Below the pieces are notes generated by a model. That model had not been told where the DNA came from. It did no database searches and saw only the letters and a program-made list of their open reading frames with translations. The translations under genes and the position numbers were made by a program. Of a stretch of 64,000 nt of DNA, positions 25,480 through 38,544 are shown piece after piece; the first letter of the stretch is position 1; every line of letters starts with the position of its first letter. The stretch comes from Haliotis rubra (taxonomy: Eukaryota), in contig NW_025766525.1 in the NCBI RefSeq assembly GCF_003918875.1, positions 566,865-630,864 of the forward strand, written 5' to 3'.

Positions 25480-26870
25480 TGTTTCTCACTGACATCACTT
25501 AACCACCCCACCCACATCTTACTGACATCCACCCACCCCTAACAAACACTCATGACCCCCTCACAGATGCTTACTGACTCACCCACATCTTACTGACGTC
25601 CACCCACCCCTAACTAACACTCATCACCCCCTGACAGATGCTTACTGACTCACCCACATCTTACTGACGTCCACCCACATCTTACTGACTCACCAACATC
25701 TTACTGACTCACCCACATTTTACTGACTCACACACATCTTACTGACGTCCACCCACATCTTACTGACGTCCACCCACATCTTACTGACGTCCACCCACAT
25801 CTTACTCACGTCCACCCACATCTTACTGACTCACCCACATCTTACTGACGTCCACCCACATCTTACTGACGTCCACCCACCCCTAACTAACACTCATCAC
25901 CCCCTGACAGATGCTTACTGACATCAGCCCACATCTTACTGACGTCCACTCACATCTTACTGACGTCCACCTACATCTTACTGACGTCCACCCACCCCTA
26001 ACTAACACTCATCACCCCCTGACAGATACTTACTGACGTCCACCCACATCTTACTGACGTCCACCCACATCTTACTGACGCCCACCCACATCTTACTCAC
26101 GTCCACCCACATCTTACTGACTCACCCACATCTTACTGACGTCCACCCACATCTTACTGACGTCCACCCACCCCTAACTAACACTCATCACCCCCTGACA
26201 GATGCTTACTGACATCAGCCCACATCTTACTGATGTCCACCCACATCTTACTGACGTCCACCCACATCTTACTGACGTCCACCCACCCCTAACTAACACT
26301 CATCACCCCCTGACAGATACTTACTGACGTCCACCCACATCTTACTGACGCCCACCCACATCTTTACTGACTCACCCACATCTTACCACGCCCACCCACA
26401 TCTTACTCCACGCCCACCCCACATCTTACTCACGCCCTCCCACATCTTTACCACGCCCACCCACATCTTACTGACGCCCACCCACATCTTACTGACGCCC
26501 ACCCACCCCTAACTAACACTCATCACCCCTGACAGATGCTTACTTACGCCCTACCACATCTTTACTGACGCCCACCCACATCTTACTCACATCCACCCAC
26601 ATCTTACTGATGTCCACCCACATCTTACTGACGCCCACCTACATCATCTTACTGACATCCACCCACATCTTACTGACGTCAGCCCACATCTTACTGACTC
26701 ACCAACATCTTACTGACGTCCACCCACATCTTACTGACGTCCACCCACATCTTACTGACTCACCCACATCTTACTGACGTCCACCCACATCTTACTGACT
26801 CACCCACATCTTACTGACGTCCACCCACATCTTACTGACGTCCACCCACATCTTACTGACATCCACCCAC
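25480..26870. repeat. Second 21-bp satellite (cacccacatcttactgacgtc, with gtc/tca/gcc variants). It is punctuated by a longer insert of about 70 bp (cacccctaactaacactcatcaccccctgacagatgcttactgac) to form a higher-order repeat.
   Basis: Direct reading. The same array continues at 28300-32215. Confidence 0.9.
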
Positions 26871-28095
26871 ACTAACTTCACCTATGTACACACCAACTTC
26901 TCCCAGCTACACACCAACTGCACCTATGTACACACCAACTTCACCCAGCTACATGCCAACTGCACCTATCTACACACCAACTTCACCTATCTACACGCCA
27001 ACTTCATCCAGCTAGTCACCGACTTCACCTATCTACACACCAACTTCATCCAGCTACACACCAACTTCACCAATCTACACGCCAACTTCACCCTGCTACA
27101 CACCAACTTCACCTATCTACACGCCAACTTCATCCAGCTAGTCACAGACTTCACCTATCTACACACCAACTTCATCCAGCTACACACCAACTTCACCTAT
27201 CTACACGCCAACTTCATCCAGCTAGTCACCGACTTCACCTATCTACACGCCAACTTCATCCAGCTACACACCAACTTCACCTATCTACACACCAACTTCA
27301 CCCTGCTACACACTAACTTCACCTATCTATACACCAACCTCTCCCAGCTACACACCAACTTCACCCAGCTTCACACCAACTTCACCCAGCTACACACCAA
27401 CTTCACCTATCTACACACCAAATTCACCCAGCTACACACAACTTCACCTATCTACACACCAACTTCACCCAGCTACACGCCAACTGCACCCAGCTACACA
27501 CCAACTTCACCTATCTACACACCAACTTCACCTATCTATACACCAACCTCTCCCAGCTACACACCAACTCCACCCAGCTACACACCAACTTCACCTATCT
27601 ACAAGCCAACTTCACCTATCTACACACCAACTTCACCTATCTACATGCCAACTTCATCCAGCTACATGCCAACTTCACCCAGCTACACACCAACTTCTCC
27701 CAGCTACACACCAACTTCACCTATCTACACACCAACTTCACCTATCTACACACCAACTTCACCTATCTACAAGCCAACTTCACCTATCTACATGCCAACT
27801 TCATCCAGCTACACACCAACTTCACCTATCTACACGCCAACTTCATCCAGCTACACGCCAACTTCACCCAGCTACACACCAACTTCAACCAGCTACACAC
27901 CAACTTCACCCAGCTACACACCAACTTCAACCAGCTACACACCAACTTCTCCCAGCTACACACCAACTTCACCCAGCTACACGCCAACTTCAAACAGCTA
28001 CACACCAACTTCTCCCAGCTACACACCAACTTCAACCAGCTACACACCAACTTCACCCAGCTACACGCCAACTTCACCCAGCTAGTCACCAACTA
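26870..28095 (+). repeat. Second copy of the CTD-heptad-like 21-bp array. 27645-28085 is nearly identical to 24838-25278.
   Basis: The 146-aa ORFs at 24838 and 27645 are near-identical. The flanking unique segment 25279-25500 matches 28082-28330. Together these indicate a segmental higher-order duplication of about 2.8 kb. Confidence 0.85.
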
Positions 28096-28299
28096 CTCTC
28101 AGGTACTCACATCTACTCCCAGCTATAAACCGACTTGACCCAGCTACTCACTGACTGAGCTACCCACCGACTTCACCCACTACTCCCAGGTACTCACCGA
28201 CTTCACCAAGGTACTCACCAACTACTCCCAGCACCGACTTCACACAGCTACTCAGCAAGACCACAGAAGCACTCACAATCTCCCCTATGTTTCTCACTG

Positions 28300-31200
28300 A
28301 CATCACTTAACCACCCCACCCACATCTTACTGACGTCCACCCACCCCTAACTAACACTCATCACCCCCTGACAGATGCTTACTGACTCACCCACATCTTA
28401 CTGACGTCCACCCACATCTTACTGACTCACCAACATCTTACTGACTCACCCACATTTTACTGACTCACACACATCTTACTGACGTCCACCCACATCTTAC
28501 TGACGTCCACCCACATCTTACTCACGTCCACCCACATCTTACTGACTCACCCACATCTTACTCACGTCCACCCACATCTTACTCACGTCCACCCACCCCT
28601 AACTAACACTCATCACCCCCTGACAGATGCTTACTGACATCAGCCCACATCTTACTGACGTCCACTCACATCTTACTGACGTCCACCCACATCTTACTGA
28701 CGTCCACCCACCCCTAACTAACACTCATCACCCCCTGACAGATACTTACTGACGTCCACCCACATCATACTGACTCACCCACATCTTACTCACGTCCACC
28801 CACATCTTACTCACGTCCACCCACATCTTACTCACGTCCACCCACATCTTACTCACATCCACCCACATCTTACTCACGTCCACCCACATCTTACTGACTC
28901 ACCCACATCTTACTGACGTCCACACACATCTTACTGACGTCCACCCACCCCTAACTAACACTCATCACCCCCTGACAGATGCTTACTGACATCAGCCCAC
29001 ATCTTACTGATGTCCACCCACATCTTTACTGACGCCCACCCACCCTTCTAACTAACACTCATCACCCCTGACAGATACTCTTACTGACGCCCACCCACAT
29101 CTTACTGACGCCCACCCACATCTTACTGACTCACCCACATCTTTACCACGCCCACCCACATCTTACCCACGCCCTCCAAAAATCTTACTCACGCCCACCC
29201 ACATCTTTACTCCACGCCCACCCACATCTTTACTGACGCCCACCCACATCTTACTGACTCACCCACATCTTACCACGCCCACCCTCATCTTACTGACGCC
29301 CACCAACCCCTAAATAACACTCATCACCCCCTGACAGATGCTTACTGACGCCCATCCACATCTTTACTGACTCACCCACATCTTACTGACGCCCACCCAC
29401 ATCTTACTGACGCCCACCCACATCTTACTGACGTCCACCCACCCCTAACTAACACTCATCACCCCTGACAGATGCTTACTTACGCCCTACCACATCTTTA
29501 CTGACGCCCACCCACATCTTACTCACATCCACCCACATCTTACTGATGTCCACCCACATCTTACTGACATCCACCCACATCTTACTGACGCCCACTCCAC
29601 ATCTTTACTGACGCCAGCCCACATCTTACTGACTCACCCACATCTTACTGACGCCCACCCACATCTTACTGACGCCCACCCACATCTTACTGACTCACCC
29701 ACATCTTTTACTGACGCCCACCCACATCTTACTGACGTCCACCCACATCTTCCTGACATCCACCCACATCTTACTGACTCACCCACATCTTACTGACGTC
29801 CATCCACATCTTACTGACGTCCACCCACATCTTACTGAATCACCCACATCTTACTAACGTCCACCCACATCTTACTGACGTCCACCCACATCTTACTGAC
29901 ATCCACCCACATCTTACTGTCCACCCACATCTTACTGACTCACCCACATCTTACTGACGTCCACCCACATCTTACTGACGTCCACCCACCCCTAACTAAC
30001 ACTCATCACCCCCTGACAGATGCTTACTTACGTCCACCCACATCTTACTGACGTCCACCCACATCTTACTGACTCACCCACATCTTACTGACTCACCCAC
30101 ATCTTACTGACGTCCACCCACATTTTACTGACTCACCCACATCTTACTCACATCCACCTACATCTTACTGATGTCCACCCACATCTTACTGACGTCCACC
30201 CACATCTTACTGACATCCACCCACATCTTACTGACGTCAGCCCACATCTTACTGACTCACCCACATCTTACTGACGTCCACCCACATCTTACTGACGTCC
30301 ACCCACATCTTACTGACTCACCCACATCTTACTGACGTCCACCCACATCTTACTGACTCACCCACATCTTACTGATGTCCACCCACATCTTACTGACGTC
30401 CACCCACATCTTACTGACATCCACACACATCTTACTGACGTCCACCCACCCCTAACTAACACTCATCACCCCCTGACAGATGCTTACTGACATCAGCCCA
30501 CATCTTACTGATGTCCACCCACATCTTACTGACGTCCACCTACCCCTAACTAACACTCATCACCCCCTGACAGATACTTACTGACGTCCACCTACATCTT
30601 ACTGACGTCCACCCACATCTTACTGACTCACCCACATCTTACTCACGTCCACCCACATCTTACTCACGTCCTCCAAAATCTTACTCACGTCCACCCACAT
30701 CTTACTCACGTCCACCCACATCTTACTGACGTCCACCCACATCTTACTGACTCACCCACATCTTACTGACGTCCACCCTCATCTTACTGACGTCCACCAA
30801 CCCCTAACTAACACTCATCACCCCCTGACAGATGCTTACTGACGTCCACCCACATCTTACTGACTCACCCACATCTTACTGACGTCCACCCACATCTTAC
30901 TGACGTCCACCCACATCTTACTGACGTCCACCCACCCCTAACTAACACTCATCACCCCCTGACAGATGCTTACTTACGTCCTACCACATCTTACTGACGT
31001 CCACCCACATCTTACTCACATCCACCCACATCTTACTGATGTCCACCCACATCTTACTGACGTCCACCCACATCTTACTGACGTCCACCCACATCTTACT
31101 GACGTCAGCCCACATCTTACTGACTCACCCACATCTTACTGACGTCCACCCACATCTTACTGACGTCCACCCACATCTTACTGACTCACCCACATCTTAC

Positions 31201-32215
31201 TGACGTCCACCCACATCTTACTGACGTCCACCCACATCTTCCTGACATCCACCCACATCTTACTGACTCACCCACATCTTACTGACGTCCATCCACATCT
31301 TACTGACGCCCACCCACATCTTACTGAATCACCCACATCTTACTAACGCCCACCCACATCTTACTGACGCCCACCCACATCTTACTGACATCCACCCACA
31401 TCTTACTGTCCACCCACATCTTACTGACTCACCCACATCTTTTACTGACGCCCACCCACATCTTTACTGACGCCCACCCACCCCTAACTAACACTCATCA
31501 CCCCCTGACAGATGCTTACTTACGTCCACCCACATCTTACTGACGTCCACCCACATCTTACTGACTCACCCACATCTTACTGACTCACCCACATCTTACT
31601 GACGTCCACCCACATTTTACTGACTCACCCACATCTTACTCACATCCACCTACATCTTACTGATGTCCACCCACATCTTACTGACGTCCACCCACATCTT
31701 ACTGACATCCACCCACATCTTACTGACGTCAGCCCACATCTTACTGACTCACCCACATCTTACTGACGTCCACCCACATCTTACTGACGTCCACCGACAT
31801 CTTACTGACTCACCCACATCTTACTGACGTCCACCCACATCTTACTGACTCACCCACATCTTACTGACGTCCACCCACATCTTACTGACGTCCACCCACA
31901 TCTTACTGACATCCACCCACATCTTACTGACGTCCACCCACATCTTACTGACATCCACCCACATCTTACTGACATCCACCCACATCTTACTGACTCACCC
32001 ACATCTTACTGACGTCCATCCACATCTTACTGACGTCCACCCACATCTTACTGAATCACCCACATCTTACTGACGTCCACCCACATCTTACTGACGTCCA
32101 CCCACATCTTACTGACATCCACCCACATCTTACTGTCCACCCACATCTTACTGACTCACCCACATCTTACTGACTCACCCACATCTTACTGACGTCCACA
32201 CACATCTTACTGAGG
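28300..32215. repeat. Continuation of the 21-bp cccacatcttactgacgtcca satellite, about 3.9 kb.
   Basis: Direct reading. Confidence 0.9.
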
Positions 32216-32595
32216 TCCACCCTCCCCTTACCTATGACTTTTACCCCGTGTATAGCAGTATAAAGGCAAGCATCACATCCGGTGTATGTGTCCAACATTA
32301 AGCCAGTATGAAGCTGTAGTACACTTTTCTGACTTTTCAGTAGCTTGGAAAGTCAGTTGATTTCATTGTTGATAAGGAAATATAGGGCTTCCTCAGCTGA
32401 CAACTGACAAGGATAGTTAGTTGTTGGTGTGAGGACATTTAGGGCTATTGCAAGAGATGATGGTTGTCATCCATCCACTAGTTTGCTGTTTAGCCAGAAA
32501 ACATAATCAAAGTAATGATTTTAAGGAAGGCTAGTGTTTAGGTCCACCACGAGTCACTATTCGGAGGGAGCTTACAGCCCTTCCCTGGCTTCCAC

Positions 32596-33060
32596 ATTGT
32601 TGTTTGACCAACAAAACACCCCAGATCAGCCCAGATCACCTCAATATAGAACCCGTTGTTATCTCCAGGGTACAACAAAACACCCCAGATCAGCCCAGAT
32701 CACCTCAATATAGAACCCGTTGTTATCTCCAGGGTACAACAAAACCCCAGATCAGCCCAGATCACCTCAATATAGAACCCGTTGTTATCTCCAGGGTACA
32801 ACAAAACACCCCAGATCAGCCCAGATCACCTCAATATAGAACCCGTTGTTATCTCCAGGGTACAACAAAACCCCCCAGATCAGCCTAGATCACCTCAATA
32901 TAGAACCCGTTGTTATCTCCAGGGTACAACAAAACCCCCCAGATCAGCCCAGATCACCTCAATATAGAACCCGTTGTTATCTCCAGGGTACAACAAAACC
33001 CCCCAGATCAGCCCAGATCACCTCAATATAGAACCCGTTGTTATCTCCAGGGTACAAAGC
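32596..33060. repeat. 64-bp x about 7 tandem repeat (caacaaaacaccccagatcagcccagatcacctcaatatagaacccgttgttatctccagggta).
   Basis: The ORF starts at 32782, 32846, 32910 and 32974 are spaced 64 bp apart. Confidence 0.9.
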
Positions 33061-33520
33061 AACACAATGTGCTTGGGGTCAAGTTCAACGTCACTGCAAT
33101 TTGAGGGCATGGGGAAGGGTCCACTGGTCAGACAAAAGGCGATTTCTTCTGTTCCTGATAGATTCCCGAGCTTGTGTTTGGTGCTATAGGAACACTGCAC
33201 ATGCACAATTGAATACCTCGGAGCATGAATCATTCAGCAGGAGTTTATTCATTGTAGACTTGATCTCGTGATGATCACACAAAATCTGAATGGACAACGC
33301 ACATCACTGATATTGTAGACAGGGTGCATGCCGATGGTGATTTCTTACGTCAAGGAGGGGTAGCAGCTCTTCCTTGGCCCACCAGGAGTCCCGATCACAG
33401 TACACCCTGGCAGACAGATGCTCCAGTACAAAATCTTGATGTATTGGTACAAGCCTGCCATCTAGAATGGAACACAATGCCTTGTAAACTTCAGCAACTG
33501 ATAGTCATTGAGGAGTAGGG
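33038..33520 (+). mobile_element. Degraded Tc1/mariner transposase remnant. It retains the DDE-domain motifs: HWSDKRRFLLF..SRACVW (matching the consensus WSDESKF.LF..DGR..VWR) and LPWPTRSPD...QNLDVLVQACHLEWNTMPCKLQQLI (matching LPWPA.SPDLNPIE ... NL.EL..AL.EEW..IP...I.NLI).
   Basis: The motifs were read from ORFs 33038-33271 and 33324-33518. Frameshifts and an internal deletion between the SPD and QNL blocks show it is decayed. Confidence 0.7.
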
Positions 33521-33599
33521 TGTGGGATGTTGTTGCTGATGGCGGAGGTTACACCAGGTGTTGACATTGTGCTTGCTTATTGATACTTATGTGATCTCT

Positions 33600-33960
33600 T
33601 GTAGAGGTGAGGTGAGGTGAAATTGGGTTTAACGTCGTGCTTGAGAATATTTCGCTCATATGACGACGTGCATGCGTGTGTATGTGTATGTGCGGCTGCT
33701 TGTACTAGCCCAGACTTAAGCTGGTTTTATAGTGCTAGCTCACTGAGATACCATGCCGCAGTGAAGCATGAATACCCTACTCAGACACATTATACTGACT
33801 CCGAGCCGACCAGTCCTTGTTGTACCCCTTAATGCCGAGCGCCAGGCAGGGACCAACAAGTACCATATTTTAACGTCTTTTGGTATGACGCGGTCGGGGA
33901 TCGAACCCGCGACCTTCCGCTCTCCGGGGGGGAACGCTATAAGCACTACACCGAGGAGGC
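33600..33960 (-). mobile_element. tRNA-derived SINE-like element on the minus strand. Its head carries a B-box (gggttcgatcc), read as ggatcgaaccc on the + strand. It ends in a (cacct)n-like tail next to the conserved segment aatattctcaagcacgacgttaaaccc.
   Basis: B-box and A-box-like motifs are visible in the reverse complement of 33883-33960. The tail domain resembles the tail of the SINE at 40619-40806. Confidence 0.5.
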
Positions 33961-34565
33961 GGTCGATTTCTTGAGGATTGTAGGCCAGAATCTTGTTGAC
34001 ATCTTAGTTATCAGTGGTACAAAGTGAATCAATATTTTGCCATGATTGCTTCCATGGATACACTACAGTATTTCGTTCTTTTTGTGTTTAGATTTGCCAT
34101 TTTAATATTCCTTTTGGGTCAGTTTATCTAGATAGTAAGTCGAATTTAGGTTTGGATAGGTTCCTATGCTATGGTTAGTGGGAACATATTGATGACGCTA
34201 TGAAATATATGGGGTGTTACAATACTTTTTTCCATGTGTATGTTATGTATGTAATCCCAGGAATGTGGTCTTTGAAATATGCTCACAGAAATATGGATCG
34301 ACTATAAACATGGCTGTCATCTTAAACATGTGGACTCCACCACTGCTGAAACATTCTGCATGTAGCATTATATGAAATTTGAAATAAATTTGAAAGACTG
34401 TAATTTTGGACTGACTAACCAAACCCAATTTATTCCTGGAGTGTCTGGAGTGTCCATGTCATGTCTGATGGAACATGGTGTTGCAGTCCTGTGTTCTTCT
34501 TTTAATGTTCCTCGAATGACTTCCTATTATAATTCCACAGTAGCTATCGCTTCGCGGACACAAGG

Positions 34566-35045
34566 ATGTCTTCAGAGAGAGACCCACCCCGCATAATGCT
34601 GTCAGTGAGAACTCCACGGAGAGAAATGTTTTGGATGAAAGAGATGGAGGTTTCAAGTCCACGTGGATTCCAAAGCAAGATTGCAATGAGTGAGAAAGAA
34701 ACCGACCGTACACTTGAAAGACATACTGACTCTGCTTCACTTATAACCACATCAATTATGAAGAAGCCCAGCTATCTTGACATATCTCTGGAATCTGTGG
34801 CTGCTCTTCGTAAGAAAAAAGCCAAAAAACTATCTGGCAAAAGAGTCGGACTAGAAGAGTTAACTGGAGATAGGCCACTGGATGTGAATGATGAATCCTT
34901 GTTGGACATTGTACAGGACAAGAATACACCAGATGCGGTGGTGTTGCCGATGATGGAGTTGGGTGTCGTTGTGCCGTGTATACGCGAGTACAGGGTGGAA
35001 CTCAATACTGCTCGCATATCAACACTTCTCACCATGCAGCAACAG
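34566..35045 (+). CDS. First coding exon of gene B, the paralogue of gene A (MSSERDPPRIML...VVLPMMELGVVVPCIREYRVELNTARISTLLTMQQQ). The donor is CAG|gtaggt.
   Basis: The ATG sits in the context acaaggATGt. The 3' end is homologous to the end of the gene A long exon (PLELGGHV...NIQMVLQLQHQ). The exon exits in phase 0, matching the next exon at 37513. Confidence 0.6.
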
Positions 35046-35384
35046 GTAGGTCGACCAGCTGTATGTCATCCAAATCTCTTGCACAGTTATAAATTTAGGC
35101 AGTCTTGTAACTATTTATGTTTTGTGACACAGGATATTTTTATTTATCATCCAAAACTGTGTTCCACAGGAGATATCGCTTGTGTGAGATCAAACGATAT
35201 CTCCTAGGAGATATCGTTTTGACAGTAGATTTTGTACAATGCCCTGACAATGCTATGACGTCATGTACTTGATGACGTCACAATGCTATGACATCGCTGC
35301 ACTGCAAGTCTAATGGCAGTACCATGTTCAGAGATGTACATATTTCATTGAAAATTAATGAAGTGTGATTTTGGATGATAAATA

Positions 35385-35505
35385 GAATCTCACTCTCGTG
35401 TCTTCTGATATCAAATATATCAACACTCGTTGATAAAAGTAAAAATTTGTAACTTTATCAACTCGTGTTCATATAATTGATATCAGAAGACACTTGGGTG
35501 AGATT
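35385..35505. repeat. Imperfect hairpin of about 120 bp (gaatctcactctcgtgtcttctgatatcaa ... ttgatatcagaagacacttgggtgagattc), with nested internal inverted repeats.
   Basis: Reverse-complement matching of the arms. A separate short palindrome, aggagatatcg/cgatatctcct, lies at 35185-35225. Confidence 0.7.
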
Positions 35506-35639
35506 CTCTATGTATTTTATAGATGTATATATTATCTCCACAATGTTTTATCATGATTGTAAAGATAAAAGTTTGATCAGATTTGAAGTGTTCCATGTGT
35601 ATGTTCAGTGTTACTCATCTGTGCTAGGGTAGAGATTTC

Positions 35640-36900
35640 TTATATCAACAGGGGAAGAAGTTGCCTAGCTAGGCCAGAATCTCCCCCTTTTGATGTAAGA
35701 ACAAGGGTGGGGAAGAAGTAGCCTAGCTAGGCCAGAATCTCCCCCTGTTGATATAAGAACAAGGGTAGGGAAGAAGTAGCCTAGCTAGGCCAGAATCTCC
35801 CTTTGATATAAGAACAAGGGTGGGGAAGAAGTAGCCTAGCTAGGCCAGAATCTCCCCCTTTTGATATAAGAGCAAGCTTTAAGGGTGGGGAAGAAGTAGC
35901 CTACCTCGGCCAGAACCTCCCCCTTTTGATATAAGAACAAGGGTGGGAAAGAAGTAGCCTAGCTAGGCCAGAATCTCCCCCTTTTGATATGAGAACAAGG
36001 GAAGGGAAGAAGTAGCCTAGCTAGGCCAGAATCTCCCCTTTTGATATAAGAACAAGGGTGGGGAAGAAGTAGCCTAGCTCGGCCATAATCTCCCCTTTTG
36101 ATATAAGAACAAGGGTGGGGAAGAAGTAGCCTAGCTAGGCCAGAATCTCCCCCTTTTGATATAAGAACAAGGGTGGGGAAGGAGTAGCCTAGCTAGGCCA
36201 TAATCTCCCCCTTTTGATATAAGAACAAGGTTGGGGAAGAAGTAGCCTAGCTAGGCCAGAATCTCCCCCTTTTGATATAAGAACAAGTGTGGGGAAGAAG
36301 TAGCCTAGCTAGGCCATAATCTCCCCCTTTGATATAAGAACAAGTGTGGGGAAGAAGTAGCCTAGCTAGGCCAGAATCTCCCCTTTTGATATAAGAACAA
36401 GGGTGGGGAAGAAGTAACCTAGCTAGGCCATAATCTCCCCTTTTGATATAAGAACAAGGTTGGGGAAGAAGTAGCCTAGCTAGGCCCTTTAGCTCCCCCT
36501 TTTGATATGAGAACAAGGGTAGGGAAGAAGTAGCCTAGCTATGCCAGAATCTCCCCCTTTTGATATAAGAACAAGGGTGGGGAAGGAGTAGCCTAGCTAG
36601 GCCAGAATCTCCCCCTTTTGATATTAGAACAAGGGTGGGGAAGAAGTAACCTAGCTAGGTCATAATCTCCCCCTTTTGATATAAGAACAAGTGTGGGGAA
36701 GAAGTAGCCTAGCTAGGCCAGAATCTCCCCCTTTTGATATAAGAACAAGGGTGGGGAAGAAGTAACCTAGCTAGGCCAGAATCTCCCCCTTTTGATATAA
36801 GAGCAAGGGTGGGGAAGAAGTAGCCTAGCTAGGCCATAATCTCCCCCTTTTGATATAAGAACAAGGGTGGGGAAGAAGTAGCCTAGCTATGCCAGAAACC
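35640..36900. repeat. Minisatellite of about 58-59 bp (unit ggggaagaagtagcctagctaggccagaatctcccccttttgatataagaacaagggtg), about 21 copies, in intron 1 of gene B.
   Basis: Direct reading. A degenerate relative extends to about 37100. Confidence 0.9.
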
Positions 36901-37512
36901 CCCCTTTTCATAGAAAACATCAGAAAACATCCTAGTTTAAACAGGGGGGAAACTTTGGCCTATGGGTGGAAACATTGGCCTAGCCCAAACTTTCCCCAGG
37001 GTAAGAATATCCTAGGACAAAACTTCCCCAGGGAAAGTTTGGCCTAGGCCAGATTCTCACCGGGGAAAGTATAGACTGGGGAAGAAATGGCCTGCTACAC
37101 TGGGTCTTCAGTGTGACAATCGACTACTTTAACCACTTATGTAAGTCGTCGTATATTCAAAGACACAAGAATGAGATTGCACTTCAACTATTCCAAGGTG
37201 TCAGGGAGTGGAGGGATTACATATGCTCTACAAGGCATTCCAACAGTATATCCTGTGGAGGCCGGTTTTGGATAATGAACATTCACTCTTCTTCCATACT
37301 CATCCCGTATCAAATCAGCCTTTGCATCTCTGATATAAGAATTGATGGTTTCTTATTGGAAATATTTTTGATTTAATCTTGCATGTAACTTTACTCTGGA
37401 GATTAGTCTGATATGTCTTCAGTCGTGTTCATGATGGTCTACTTATTTAATACGACAAGAGATTTTCCTGAAGAATTATATTTTTCTACTTCAATTTTGT
37501 TTGCCATGACAG

Positions 37513-37612
37513 GATGGATTCTGGGAGTTGTGCAGTGATCTTGACCAGTCTCTCGGCATCAACTCTAACACTGGCAAGACTATGTTATTCAAAGCTGGAC
37601 TGAAGTCATTAG
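37513..37612 (+). CDS. Exon 2 of gene B (DGFWELCSDLDQSLGINSNTGKTMLFKAGLKSL + G). The acceptor is gacag| and the donor is ttaG|gtgaga.
   Basis: Homologous and phase-identical to the gene A exon at 5903-6002. Confidence 0.65.
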
Positions 37613-37932
37613 GTGAGAAATTCTTTGAAACAATTACTTGCACCTGGATGGATTGTCCAGTAGTTGAAGCAGTGTACCAGTGTATGAAATAAGCCAAAAA
37701 ACCCAGCCAGTTACTTGCCCAAAGTGGATTTAACCAGACCAGACACCAAGATATGGTGAATTAACTCAGATGTATGGACTAGCTAAAAATAAAATTTACC
37801 AGACCATCGGGCTGGCTAGCTGTAAATTTAGACCCTCTGTTAGAAATCTAGCCTGTCTTGGGTGGTCAGATTGTCCTTATCCATACACTGAGTTTGCCAT
37901 TGAATCCTGTTTGTAGATTTATATCCATGTAG

Positions 37933-37994
37933 GTGATGAGATGCTCCACCTGTTGGCAAAAGGAGCAATTACATATATTGTTTGTAATTGTTAG
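37933..37994 (+). CDS. Truncated terminal exon of gene B (G-DEMLHLLAKGAITYIVCNC*). It matches the paralogues only as far as ...ctgttggcaa.
   Basis: The acceptor is catgtag| at 37932. The phase-1 entry completes codon G. The next 17 bp match the paralogues, then the sequence diverges into the foldback element and reaches a stop at 37992-37994. Confidence 0.5.
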
Positions 37995-38335
37995 TAAACT
38001 TACCTCTGGATTATGATTGCCTTAATTCTGTGGTTTCCACAGACACATACAGAAAATAAAATGAAAATTTTAACCCTAAGTCCCTAGTGGCATGTTTCCC
38101 TCCTAACCCATAGAGTTACCTCCCCTTGACATGACATCACACCATTGTTGTTTGAAAAACCTCACATTTTGTCCAAAGAAAAAAACTATCTTGTAGAGGA
38201 TAAGGTGGGGAGGTTAGGTGGGACATATATCCTACAATCCAGAGATAAGTCTACTAACAATTGCTAACAATATATGTAATTGTTCCTAATTATAGCGTAA
38301 ACATTCCCTCTTGATTATGGTTGCCTGAATCCCAC
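37960..38335. mobile_element. Foldback/MITE-like element. It has inverted repeats (caattacatatattgtttgtaattgttagtaaacttacctctggattat vs ataatccagagataagtctactaacaattgctaacaatatatgtaattg) flanking an internal sequence of about 200 bp.
   Basis: Reverse-complement matching between 37960-38010 and 38228-38280. A second, reverse-complemented copy of the internal part lies at 45720-45870. Confidence 0.6.
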
Positions 38336-38544
38336 ATACGGAAGGAGGGCTATCCATAGAAGTATAATTCTCTAACATACCACTAGTAAATATTCCTCAA
38401 TCATCTTAGACCTCTTAGGATAACTATGACTTAGTAATGTATACAACACTGATAACATCATAAGATTGTGTTAATAATGTGAAGGAGGATAACTACTAAA
38501 CCGCTAGGTGAGTAGACTCTTTCTCCCTGATAAGATAATATGTT

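Noticed and set aside
33617-33974. Small ORFs (68-71 aa) on both strands.
   Set aside because: They overlap the tRNA-SINE-like element. They are translations of the SINE head and tail.
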